64,000 bases of DNA from Escherichia phage RudolfBernhard_Bas96. This document shows, piece by piece, positions 49,151-58,532 of the stretch. The position numbers and the translations under genes were made by a program. The stretch lies in sequence record PQ850623.1. One strand, written 5' to 3'. Every line of letters starts with the position of its first letter. Position 1 is the stretch's first letter. Under the pieces are notes generated by a model. It did no database searches, had not been told where the DNA came from, and saw only the letters and a program-made list of their open reading frames with translations.

Positions 49151-51202
49151 TTACTTAGCAGCCTTGACCAGCTTAGTAGCTAACTTAGCTTCTTCTTCAG
49201 TCAGTCCCATTGCAGTGAATGACTTCTTGGCATGACGCTTATAGTCTTGCAGAGCATGGCCTTTCTGATAGTCAGAGTAGGACGTATCGTTCAGGATGCT
49301 ACGCAGGTTATCAACGTGTTTACCAGACGGTGCTACCTTAGTGGCAGTAGCCGAGCGGTGAACCTTAGCTTGCTTCACTGGTTTTGGTTTGCCGATAGGT
49401 TTAGCTGTGTAAGTTGTACGTACATCTGCAATCTTAGCCACCACATCAGAACTAACACCTAAAGCAGCCCATGGCTTACGAGCCTTACCTCGCATTTCCA
49501 CAAGTAAATCAGCAGCAGCTAATTTATCTTCCGGGGAAGTAGCGTTAAGGAACTCTTTGATCAGTTCCTGAATTTGTTCTTTCACAGTAGGAGCCTTATT
49601 AACAATAGGTTTAAGGTCAGTAGCCTTCACTGGTTCAGCAGCTACAGCTTCATTTAGTGACTCTTCCATATTCAGTGCTTCTTTATTAGCAACTGTACGG
49701 AATTGTTCTACGGAACCGGATGAGAGATTGGTGTATTTGAGGTTAGTACCACGATGCCCACCAACCATAACAAGTGTGGTAGGTGAACTATGGTTCCCAA
49801 CGATGGCATCGTTAAGTAACTTCTTACCCACTTCTGTCTTAGACAGGTAGATACCATTGTTAACGTTGCAACGTTCCTCTTCCGGTAGTTCAGCAATAAT
49901 GTGATACGCAGCTACACGCATCTTATTAGTGTTGTACTCAGGAACAGCAAATACATCTTCTGGTGCTACTTTACCAAGGATAGTTACGTTACCACCGAAG
50001 GTACGGATGTAACTCATGGATGCTACGTGCAGGCCGTTGGAGCAGTCCTGACGACGGTCAGGGTCTACCAGGTCTTCTCGCACCTGTACTTTACAACCTA
50101 CCCACTGACGAATGTTGCCTGAGTGACAGTCAACGAATACACGTTTACCATTTTCTTCACCACTGAACTTAAGGCGTTTCAGGAACAGGATGGAACCATC
50201 ATCAGCAATAGGCAGTTCAGCAGTTTCCATGAACTTCATCAGGTCTTCTACTGAGTGCAGACGGTCTTTAATAACCGGAGCCAGACGTTCAAGGAACTTA
50301 GTAAAGCCCTTATAGTCTTTTAGCTGGGCAGACTGACGCAGGTGACGTTGCAGGTTCTCAACTCCAGGGATAACCCCATTGTTGGTAACAGCAACAACCA
50401 CTTCATCTTCCTTCACATCAGTGTGAAAGTAAGCATCATCGGTACTGATAGCACCTAATGCAGCCAGCTTCTCAGAAGCAGCAGCCAACTTATCCTGGTT
50501 CGTAGTTTTAGCTACTTCCACATAAGGCAGTGGTGTTTCCTCACGGTTGGTAAATACAACATGTACACCTTTGATGTTCTGGGCTTGTTTAGCAAACTCA
50601 CCCATTTCATCGTCAGATACTGCACGAATTCCAATTGGCCATTCTTGTGAAAGAGTATGGTTGGTATGGTCATAACCCCAGCCTAGTACGTCGTTAATAA
50701 AACGAACCAGTGCAGGATGGTTATGGTCTTTGCCCCAGCCAGTAACCCACATCAGATTGTCACGTTTGTCATAGTAACCATCTGCTACCGTTACTTCTGG
50801 TTCATTAGCCTGGACAGCCAGAAAAGTATCCATAGCTTTAGACACTAGCGTCTTAGTAGGATTACCTAGCTTAATATCTGAGACGGTACGGGCTGGTGAA
50901 ACACCTGTACCATCTTCGAAGAACTCTTTAAGTTTAGCTTTAGCTATCTTGAAGAAACGGACGAATCCGTTGGTGTTCTTTTCTGCTTCCAGGTATTCAG
51001 TACGTAGTTCTACTTCTGGTGCAATGTTTACTTCTATTTGGTCTTGGGTAGTACCCAGACCTTTAGTCTGTGCTTCAGATACAATGCGAGCAACCCGTGG
51101 GTCGCTCTGAGGATATACAACCGTGGAGCCATCAGGCTTCCACAGTGTGAGGTTTCGACTGTCAACTGCCAGTGCGATGATAGAAATCAATTCGATTTTC
51201 AT
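49151..51202 (-). CDS. rIIB-like protein (assigned by synteny immediately downstream of the rIIA-like gene)
   Basis: 683-aa ORF with start 5 nt after the rIIA-like stop; no independent motif. Confidence 0.35.
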   Translation of the reverse strand: MKIELISIIALAVDSRNLTLWKPDGSTVVYPQSDPRVARIVSEAQTKGLGTTQDQIEVNIAPEVELRTEYLEAEKNTNGFVRFFKIAKAKLKEFFEDGTGVSPARTVSDIKLGNPTKTLVSKAMDTFLAVQANEPEVTVADGYYDKRDNLMWVTGWGKDHNHPALVRFINDVLGWGYDHTNHTLSQEWPIGIRAVSDDEMGEFAKQAQNIKGVHVVFTNREETPLPYVEVAKTTNQDKLAAASEKLAALGAISTDDAYFHTDVKEDEVVVAVTNNGVIPGVENLQRHLRQSAQLKDYKGFTKFLERLAPVIKDRLHSVEDLMKFMETAELPIADDGSILFLKRLKFSGEENGKRVFVDCHSGNIRQWVGCKVQVREDLVDPDRRQDCSNGLHVASMSYIRTFGGNVTILGKVAPEDVFAVPEYNTNKMRVAAYHIIAELPEEERCNVNNGIYLSKTEVGKKLLNDAIVGNHSSPTTLVMVGGHRGTNLKYTNLSSGSVEQFRTVANKEALNMEESLNEAVAAEPVKATDLKPIVNKAPTVKEQIQELIKEFLNATSPEDKLAAADLLVEMRGKARKPWAALGVSSDVVAKIADVRTTYTAKPIGKPKPVKQAKVHRSATATKVAPSGKHVDNLRSILNDTSYSDYQKGHALQDYKRHAKKSFTAMGLTEEEAKLATKLVKAAK

Positions 51203-51206
51203 CAGA

Positions 51207-53768
51207 TTATTTACCTTTCAGTTTATTTAGACGATTACGGTAGAGGGACTTAAACCCAGGAATATCCTCTGGATTCTTCTTGAGATGTTTAACTAAACTA
51301 CCTAAGTCTAGGCTCTGTAGGATGTCACCAGCACTCCAGCTGTAACTGAATAGTCCTTTGTACTCGTTAAGTACTTCGAAATGCTTGTGCATACGAGGAT
51401 TAACCATCCTTACATATGGCTCTAAGACATCTACTGACTTAATGAGGCCCAGCTCAACAAGTCTCTCTTTGTTACGTGGATGGTTTCTTAGGAAGTCACA
51501 TGCCCATTCATATTCTGGTTTAAAAGTCAGACTCTGTAATGGTTTAAATGTTAGACCCAGGATGTCGAGGATTTCCCAATATTCTCTGTCATCCAGACCT
51601 ACGTATTCCAGAACACCGATACGCTGTTCAGTGGCATACTTCTTAAATCCCTTGCTGGTAATAACAGACATCAATTCATTAAGACGAATATCGTCAATGT
51701 GAATAGCACCACGGCGTTTGGCCTTGTTAACTTCGATTTGATTACGACAGACAACAGTCTCTGCTTTCATCTCATCAGATAACTCCCACCATTTCCACAT
51801 GGTTCCAATCTTGGCAGTTTCTGGTCTACCAGAAACAACCTGATTGGCTAGCACGTAGTACTTTGGCAGTTCTACTTCAACGAACCCGTATTTCTCATGA
51901 TAGATTGGATCAGCAAATTCACTCCGAATAAGTGGCTTGGATTCCCAATCACCACTCGTATTTCGTTCACGAATAGTACCTAGTACAGCATTCAATGAAA
52001 CCAGTGCATTAGTTTTACCTCCTGCTTTGGTTTTATTGGCAGCTATTGTCTTAGCACGCTTCTCAGCAGCTATCTTAGCTTGTTCTCTGCGGAAGTTAGT
52101 TGGCTTGTCCCACTCATTATACTGAGTAAGGTCAATTACCCGATAACCCATAGCAGTGAACTTAGCTACAGCTTTTTCTGCTTCCCCTTTCTTAGGACTA
52201 ACAACGTGAACAAAAGCAGTACGCTCCAGGTCACCTCGGTTGTATTCTGGGAAGTATGAGAAAGAATCTGCACAGTCAGATAAACGACGAGTAACTACAA
52301 CGTTCTTAGTAGTGAATATGCCAATACTCTGGTGGGAGTTATTGTATATCCTAAAGTAATCAGTGAGTTTACCTTTTACTAAGTCAACACGGTTACCCTG
52401 GTTCATTATGTAACCAGACCACTTAATACCTGTAGCTTTTAAAGCAGCAAGCTGAGGTAGGTGCAGATGACGGTATACTAAATCCTGGAATAAGGATGTA
52501 CCGTCTGCACGGGTATCCTTAAGAGCACTCATAGCTTTACTATACAGTTTCTTAAGACCTGCATACTCAGGGCGAGCTAATAATGCCTTATTGGATAGAT
52601 TACGCCAGTGCTTAATATGATGCTTACGTTGCTTAGCCCACAAGCTAGAGGACATATAGCGTTGAACGATTCTGTCTGTAACAGCACCCAGGAAAGACGG
52701 ATATTCCCAATAGCGAGTAGAAGATTCGGAGGCATACTCTTCAACCTGCTTAATGGCTTCAGGAATCTTAGCCTTAATCTCTTTCTCCATACGGTCTACT
52801 AAATCTACACATAGAGCAGTAATACCATCGTCGGTTAACTTCTGGTTAGATAGAGTTTCACGACTAGGGGCAATAGCTAAGGTGTCTGGTGCAGCCTGAA
52901 CTACTAAAGTCTCAGCACCAATGATATTCATAAAGTTGAGAATAAGACCTACAGCCTCTTCACTAGCTGGACTATATACTATTGGGTACATTACGTTACC
53001 GTAGCGAACGAAGATGTTACTGCTACCCATATAGCTTTGATACCAGCTATCAGACATATCATAAGAACCAGGTTCAAATGACATACCTAGTGTTTTTAGT
53101 AGAGTGTAGTCACCTTGCTGAATACTATTGCCTGTTTCTTCACGAATTAATTTGGGAAGACTAAGCTCAGCCTTAATCTCTCCGTTAAATACAATTGATG
53201 TGATGTAATGCACAAAGGTATTTACATCATGCTTACCCAGTTGGAATTTAACTTCCAGACCAGATTCCTCAGTAGGAATACCAGTAATGATAGGAACAAT
53301 ACCCGGTTTACCATCATTCTCAATTGCAGCCTTAGCTACGTTATATACCGACATCTTTCCTTGGTTCCATGAAGTAACCTGGAAGCTATCTGTATAAGCA
53401 AATGGGGATTTACAACCCAGACCAAAGCCACCAGTAACACTACTGTTGGACTTCTTAGTAGATGCACCATATACACCATAAATGGAACCAATGAGTTCAT
53501 CCGGGATACCGTTACCAAAGTCACGGAAAGTAATAAAATTGTCAGTATCAATGGTGATACGGATAGGAGTATCAGTATTACCTGCTTCAATATGAGCATC
53601 CCAACTGTTACAGATAGTCTCACGGACTACTGCCAGAGTAGGGTTGTTATATAAGGAAGTACTTAATACGTGAAAGAATGCCGGGTCATCAGAGATGCCA
53701 AAGGCGATTGCTTCTTTGCCACCCAGTGTCGCTGAAGTGGCTGATTGATTGGTATCTGCAACTAACAT
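51207..53768 (-). CDS. rIIA-like protein with N-terminal GHKL (histidine-kinase-like) ATPase domain
   Basis: GHKL motifs: N-box ETICNSWDAH, G1 RDFGNGIP, G2 GGFGLGCK; GGAGAG RBS. Confidence 0.6.
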   Translation of the reverse strand: MLVADTNQSATSATLGGKEAIAFGISDDPAFFHVLSTSLYNNPTLAVVRETICNSWDAHIEAGNTDTPIRITIDTDNFITFRDFGNGIPDELIGSIYGVYGASTKKSNSSVTGGFGLGCKSPFAYTDSFQVTSWNQGKMSVYNVAKAAIENDGKPGIVPIITGIPTEESGLEVKFQLGKHDVNTFVHYITSIVFNGEIKAELSLPKLIREETGNSIQQGDYTLLKTLGMSFEPGSYDMSDSWYQSYMGSSNIFVRYGNVMYPIVYSPASEEAVGLILNFMNIIGAETLVVQAAPDTLAIAPSRETLSNQKLTDDGITALCVDLVDRMEKEIKAKIPEAIKQVEEYASESSTRYWEYPSFLGAVTDRIVQRYMSSSLWAKQRKHHIKHWRNLSNKALLARPEYAGLKKLYSKAMSALKDTRADGTSLFQDLVYRHLHLPQLAALKATGIKWSGYIMNQGNRVDLVKGKLTDYFRIYNNSHQSIGIFTTKNVVVTRRLSDCADSFSYFPEYNRGDLERTAFVHVVSPKKGEAEKAVAKFTAMGYRVIDLTQYNEWDKPTNFRREQAKIAAEKRAKTIAANKTKAGGKTNALVSLNAVLGTIRERNTSGDWESKPLIRSEFADPIYHEKYGFVEVELPKYYVLANQVVSGRPETAKIGTMWKWWELSDEMKAETVVCRNQIEVNKAKRRGAIHIDDIRLNELMSVITSKGFKKYATEQRIGVLEYVGLDDREYWEILDILGLTFKPLQSLTFKPEYEWACDFLRNHPRNKERLVELGLIKSVDVLEPYVRMVNPRMHKHFEVLNEYKGLFSYSWSAGDILQSLDLGSLVKHLKKNPEDIPGFKSLYRNRLNKLKGK

Positions 53769-53795
53769 TTATTTACTCTCCAGTTTAAATGTTGC

Positions 53796-53987
53796 TTATA
53801 GAAGTACTTGTTTACACTTATAAAAAATAGCTTTACGTAGTTCAGCTTCTTCCAGTGGTTCATCATTAGGATGATGACCTACTGGACTGTTTTGAAAAGC
53901 ACTCATTAGGAATAAGACCTGATATTCGGTTAAGCCATTAATCTGAATGCTATACGTTTTCTCTGAGGCGATGTTTACATTAGCCAT
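53796..53987 (-). CDS. Small hypothetical protein
   Basis: Internal ATG of track ORF 53796..54107 chosen to minimise overlap with the upstream gene. Confidence 0.25.
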   Translation of the reverse strand: MANVNIASEKTYSIQINGLTEYQVLFLMSAFQNSPVGHHPNDEPLEEAELRKAIFYKCKQVLL

Positions 53988-54354
53988 TGCGTTTACCCGC
54001 CATTGCTTGAAGAACGAATACAGCCATATCTGATGCCATATCGTCAGTAATGTCATTAACCGTACCGTAAGGTAACGGACCATTATCTTCCCAGTTATCG
54101 AGTACATTCTGCACTTCAGCTAATCCAGCCTGAATCATCTCTTTGTTTGGTTCTAGCCATAATTTACGTTCCTCTGCCAGTGCAGCAATGCACATACACA
54201 AGGAAGCGATATTAGCTGGGCAAGCAGCAATATCACCGGTAACTGCAATATCACTAAGTGGAACAGCCTTACCAGTTTTACTATGAATAACTTCAGGATT
54301 AATCACGGATTTGCTCCAGGTTGTGGGCAGGAATAGGGAAACATGGATAGTCAC
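53980..54354 (-). CDS. Hypothetical protein
   Basis: 124-aa ORF. Confidence 0.3.
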   Translation of the reverse strand: MTIHVSLFLPTTWSKSVINPEVIHSKTGKAVPLSDIAVTGDIAACPANIASLCMCIAALAEERKLWLEPNKEMIQAGLAEVQNVLDNWEDNGPLPYGTVNDITDDMASDMAVFVLQAMAGKRNG

Positions 54355-54520
54355 CGGTAGGATCCAGTGTTACTGATACATGCAGTGTATTTGTCATTTG
54401 GGTTAACATCAGAGCAGCATTGAAATCGTCTTGGATACAGGCATATACAATGTCACCCTTCTCACCCTCACACATTATAGGTGTGTCTTTGATACGGTAT
54501 TTAGCAGGCATATTATTTCC

Positions 54521-54775
54521 TTATTTTTTACTAACAATGGGGTTTCTGTAATTCCAGGCTTTACTAAGTTTTTCTAACTTAAATCCTGCATACCCATATT
54601 CTTTAGACAGGATTTCTTCTGCAATATCCAATGCATTAATTTTGCATAAACGCCCGTCTATGCAGATGTTTTTAAAACTACCGACGGATTCCCTGTATAG
54701 TCCATTGGAATCTTTCTCCAACATAGTTGCATACCAACTTGCCATAAATCCTCCTGGGACAGTAATTGAAACCAA
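54521..54775 (-). CDS. Hypothetical protein
   Basis: 84-aa ORF. Confidence 0.3.
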   Translation of the reverse strand: MVSITVPGGFMASWYATMLEKDSNGLYRESVGSFKNICIDGRLCKINALDIAEEILSKEYGYAGFKLEKLSKAWNYRNPIVSKK

Positions 54776-54800
54776 AAAAAGACCTCCCGGAGGAGGTCTT
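54771..54800 (-). terminator. Rho-independent terminator (GACCTCCTCC-GG-GAGGTC + T7 on minus strand)
   Basis: Hairpin at 54781-54799; plus-strand A-run 54774-54780 gives the minus-strand T-run. Confidence 0.55.
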
Positions 54801-54804
54801 AGGT

Positions 54805-55041
54805 TTACTTACGATTCCGTCCTACGAATTGTAATAGACGTTCCTTAGCATCATCCTGTTCCTTGATAGCTACATAGTCGCGTGCATAGTAATACACACA
54901 CCATAAGCCAATAGAACATGCAGAATATCGAGCCACTACGAAGAACATCTCTTCCAGGCTCTGTGCACCATGCAGTGTAAATACAAATTCCAGAACCAGG
55001 ATGATACTTATAAACATTGCTTGAATAGCTAAACGTTTCAT
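54805..55041 (-). CDS. Small two-TM membrane protein
   Basis: Hydrophobic segments AIQAMFISIILVLEFVF and CSIGLWCVYYYA. Confidence 0.35.
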   Translation of the reverse strand: MKRLAIQAMFISIILVLEFVFTLHGAQSLEEMFFVVARYSACSIGLWCVYYYARDYVAIKEQDDAKERLLQFVGRNRK

Positions 55042-55982
55042 TCTGTAATTGTTTCTCCGGGAATTAGTTTACGGAATTGGATGAAATCCAGTAAGTTGCC
55101 TGAATATAGCTTACCTTCACGGTCCATTGAAGTAACACCCTGTTCCCAGGTTAATGGGTTCTGGTTGTTAACAAACTTGGTACTGAAGTCCATCGGGGTA
55201 GCCTGATGTTCAGTAGGTGATGCATGAATTGGCTGTTTCTCTACCAACTTAGCAAACAGAACAAGATCATCACTGATAGTAGATGGCTTGCCTTCAAAGT
55301 TGTTATAGGAGGCACGAGCACAACGAGCAGCAGAGACTTTAAGCAGTAGACCTAAAATTTCTCCATCACTTGGTTCATCACGAGTAATTCGTTGATATTT
55401 GCAATGATTGTAAGCATTAGCACAATCAGTATTGCGAATATAAGGCAGATGCCAGTCACCTTTCTTGAGCTTTTGCGGAACAGATTCTTCATGAGCCTTC
55501 TTCATGGCCTGAGCCAGTAAACGGATTTCCGGTTGGGCATCTTCATGGTCACGTAAGCCATAGAAGTTAGCCCAGCTAGTTGAAGTTACCACTACACGGA
55601 TATGTGTGAATGGTTCCAGAATACGGTTAACAATCTGCTTATGTACTTGTCCACGACGCAGTTGTTCAGCATATACAGCAGCAGCAGATGCAGCGTTATC
55701 CCAGATAAACTTAGCATCCTCAATCTCCATAGGAGTGAGTTCTTCTTCTGCTTGCATACCTTTCTGATTCTTGCCCCAGTGACTTGGCATCACTGGTTCA
55801 TTACGAACCTGCTCGATGAACTTAGACGTAGGTATAGCACGACTGCTTGAAGCATTGCGGTTGAATACACGGTGAGTCATAAACTCACTGTGAATGAATC
55901 GGGGGTAGACCAATTCAAAGGTAGTAATACGAGTACCAGTTGCATGATGAACGGAATCTGCAATGACAGTTGCCTTAATCAT
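55038..55982 (-). CDS. thyX: Flavin-dependent thymidylate synthase (ThyX-like)
   Basis: ThyX signature-like HR-x7-S-xSR (MTHRVFNRNASSSRAIP). Confidence 0.55.
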   Translation of the reverse strand: MIKATVIADSVHHATGTRITTFELVYPRFIHSEFMTHRVFNRNASSSRAIPTSKFIEQVRNEPVMPSHWGKNQKGMQAEEELTPMEIEDAKFIWDNAASAAAVYAEQLRRGQVHKQIVNRILEPFTHIRVVVTSTSWANFYGLRDHEDAQPEIRLLAQAMKKAHEESVPQKLKKGDWHLPYIRNTDCANAYNHCKYQRITRDEPSDGEILGLLLKVSAARCARASYNNFEGKPSTISDDLVLFAKLVEKQPIHASPTEHQATPMDFSTKFVNNQNPLTWEQGVTSMDREGKLYSGNLLDFIQFRKLIPGETITE

Positions 55983-56425
55983 TAGAATGACCTTAGATAG
56001 TTGGTTATACCACTACGGCTTTCTGTAATCCTCTTGGCCTGAACATACACCAGCTTAAACTCACTACGAGGCAGTTCCTGTAATATTGCTATACCTTCAG
56101 TAAGAGCCACAGAACACGCTACAGCGGTTTCTTTTTTAAAGGAGTACAAGTCTTCATACATGAGGGCTTCATACTCTTTCCGGAGCATACAGAGAGCATC
56201 TCTTGCCTTATCACTTACTTCTTGTGAACCAGCAGACATAGCTAAGCTGTATATGATAAAGACTTGTTCGAAAACAAAGTCCAGTAATCTATCAGGGGTA
56301 TTAGTCCCCATAAATAATTTTGTTGCGTAGGAACGGGCCTTACGGTTGAGTTCATACTCATCCTCTATACCTTTATTATAAAGAACAGGATTCCGTTCCC
56401 TTTTTCTTAGAAATGGGATACGCAT
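55982..56425 (-). CDS. Hypothetical protein
   Basis: 147-aa ORF. Confidence 0.3.
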   Translation of the reverse strand: MRIPFLRKRERNPVLYNKGIEDEYELNRKARSYATKLFMGTNTPDRLLDFVFEQVFIIYSLAMSAGSQEVSDKARDALCMLRKEYEALMYEDLYSFKKETAVACSVALTEGIAILQELPRSEFKLVYVQAKRITESRSGITNYLRSF

Positions 56426-56910
56426 TAGTATTTACTACCTCTTCTATACCAAGGGTAATGATGGGTAGTGCTCTTACCTTTAAACACATCCTTAGTACGA
56501 GGATTCTTTTGTATTTGAGCCAGGTAAAGATGCATTTCGTCACACGGACTAAGCCAGAACTTATCTATGATTCGGTCTACCTTAGATTTTAGATGAGGCT
56601 CAGGAGGGATGTATGGGAAAACATTAAATGATCTACTAGTCCATCCTTTCTGAATAGCAGCTTGCATTGCTGCGTAAACATCAGGACCAATTCCATTTTC
56701 TTCTACTTGGTCATGTATAGTTTTGCCTAAAGTAAGCATTGCAGTTTGTTCCAGTTTACTTAAGTCCAGTCCATATAAGATAGACTTACCATTTTGTCTG
56801 TTTGACATAAGAGTACCTGTAATTAAAAAAGCCCACGGGTTAGGTGGGCTTGGATTAGGAGATGGATAAGCAATGAGCTGGAAGTAACTTCCACAAGCAC
56901 CACTATACAA
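56425..56910 (-). CDS. Hypothetical protein
   Basis: 161-aa ORF. Confidence 0.3.
   Translation of the reverse strand: MYSGACGSYFQLIAYPSPNPSPPNPWAFLITGTLMSNRQNGKSILYGLDLSKLEQTAMLTLGKTIHDQVEENGIGPDVYAAMQAAIQKGWTSRSFNVFPYIPPEPHLKSKVDRIIDKFWLSPCDEMHLYLAQIQKNPRTKDVFKGKSTTHHYPWYRRGSKY
56822..56850 (-). terminator. Rho-independent terminator (GCCCACCTAACCCGTGGGC + T-run on minus strand)
   Basis: Hairpin at 56831-56849; plus-strand A-run 56825-56830. Confidence 0.5.
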
Positions 56911-56925
56911 TGATGCTTAGGTTAG

Positions 56926-57222
56926 TTACTTATCAGACTGGCTCGTTTGAGACACGTTGTACTGGTTCCCACTACCAACGTTAACGATTGTAGTCTGAGA
57001 CTGTCCTTTATTAGACAGTGACCAAATCAGTGCTACTACCCAGAAGACTAAAGACCAGCCTAATACGATATTGAGTACACCAATGCCCCACTTAGAGACA
57101 TGGCCCCGTGCAAAAGCAATAATGGTAGGGATAAGGTATACAGCTAGTGCAAATAAAAGAACGAGGATTGCTGCTAAAGATTCCATGATGGTTCCTATGT
57201 GGGGTTGAGTTAGTTTCTTCAC
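56926..57222 (-). CDS. Superinfection-immunity (Imm)-like small membrane protein
   Basis: YLIPTIIAFARGHVSKWGIGVLNIVLGWSLVFWVVALIWSL resembles the Imm_superinfect family pattern as I remember it; two predicted TM helices. Confidence 0.45.
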   Translation of the reverse strand: MKKLTQPHIGTIMESLAAILVLLFALAVYLIPTIIAFARGHVSKWGIGVLNIVLGWSLVFWVVALIWSLSNKGQSQTTIVNVGSGNQYNVSQTSQSDK

Positions 57223-57259
57223 AAATAGCCCAACTATGCTGGGCTATTTAGGCAGCTAC

Positions 57260-57472
57260 TTACTCATCTAAAGCTTTACGAACGTAACCACGTACTGAAC
57301 GATAGCTTTCTTTTGCAGTTACAGTTCGTCCATCAATGAGATGAATTACAGCACCAGCCGGAGTTTCATCTACATCTACTACGTTAGTTGCAACAATAGT
57401 TTTACGCTGGGTACTGTCAACAGGAGTTACTTGAAATACAGACATGTTGTTTCCTTTAGGCATTTCTGCCAT
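57260..57472 (-). CDS. Small hypothetical protein
   Basis: 70-aa ORF. Confidence 0.3.
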   Translation of the reverse strand: MAEMPKGNNMSVFQVTPVDSTQRKTIVATNVVDVDETPAGAVIHLIDGRTVTAKESYRSVRGYVRKALDE

Positions 57473-58022
57473 GGTTGGGGTTATAACCGAAAAGTATTTC
57501 GGCTTCTTTTCTTGTGGCTACTGCGTCATCTAACTCAGCAAACCATCCCAGGTGGATTTTATTCCCATTATCATAAATGGAAACATTCCATAAATTATGA
57601 CGTTTACTATAGCTTACTCCGTGGTAACCACTTGTATTATTCGAGCTTAATGCCCTATTTTTTAAGTTATCTGACCTTGACCGGCTAAATAAATTAAAAT
57701 GCCTGTTATTAGTGCGTACACCATCATCATGGTCTATATCTTCTGGCTCAGTACCATGAAGCATTTTCCAGATAATACGGTGAGCATAGTAAAACTCACC
57801 ATTTAATGTTCCGCGCAAATAACCATTTTTAGATAATGAGGCTAGTGCAGGTTTCCCTGCCCATGCAGAATTCCATACATTAGCTACATGTTCTGGACTT
57901 CTTAGTGGGTTGCTGTTAAATGTCCACTCTGGTCTTACCTTCCAGGTTAATCCCCCAGTTAGTGGGTCATAATCTAAGCAAGCTAGTAACAACAAGCGAT
58001 TTGGTAAAACCTTTGCTTTCAT
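57456..58022 (-). CDS. HNH homing endonuclease with AP2 DNA-binding domain
   Basis: HNH_3-like YAHRIIWKMLHG...IDHDDGVRTNNRHFNL and AP2-like SGYHGVSYSKRHNLWNVSIYDNGNKIHLGWFAELDDAVATRKEAE. Confidence 0.6.
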   Translation of the reverse strand: MKAKVLPNRLLLLACLDYDPLTGGLTWKVRPEWTFNSNPLRSPEHVANVWNSAWAGKPALASLSKNGYLRGTLNGEFYYAHRIIWKMLHGTEPEDIDHDDGVRTNNRHFNLFSRSRSDNLKNRALSSNNTSGYHGVSYSKRHNLWNVSIYDNGNKIHLGWFAELDDAVATRKEAEILFGYNPNHGRNA

Positions 58023-58025
58023 TTT

Positions 58026-58532
58026 TTACTTACTTTCCCTAGCCTCTACCGGCATATTCGGTTGATTATTGTACTTGCCATTGTAATTAGCAGGCTCTTG
58101 AACCAGATGAAATAATACTTGAGCTATCCCAGCACCAGCCGGGATATGCAGTTTCTTGCGACCTTGATAGACCAGTTCGAGGGTAAGATACCCTTTCCAT
58201 CCTGGTTCTATTACGGTATTGAACACTGATAATGCACGCCTTGCCCAGGTAGATTTATCGTGAACGATTGCTACACAGGAAGGGGACATGTTGAACTTCT
58301 CAATTGCTGAAGCCAATGCGAATTTACCGAAGTGGCGTTTAACAACCCCAGCATCGACAGTCTTCACCATTGGAATCAACCCAAATAAGCGATAGAAGGT
58401 GATGTCTTGTTTGATACGAATATCATAACCGGCTTCACCTAATCCATAACTTACACCATGCTCGGATACCTTACGGTCTGGTACATCCAGCAATTGAGAT
58501 GAACGGTATAGAGAATTACCATTAACAACCAT
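58026..58532 (-). CDS. dCTP deaminase / dUTPase-superfamily protein
   Basis: IEPGWKGYLTLELVYQG and GAGIAQVLFH resemble Dcd/dUTPase-fold motifs. Confidence 0.5.
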   Translation of the reverse strand: MVVNGNSLYRSSQLLDVPDRKVSEHGVSYGLGEAGYDIRIKQDITFYRLFGLIPMVKTVDAGVVKRHFGKFALASAIEKFNMSPSCVAIVHDKSTWARRALSVFNTVIEPGWKGYLTLELVYQGRKKLHIPAGAGIAQVLFHLVQEPANYNGKYNNQPNMPVEARESK

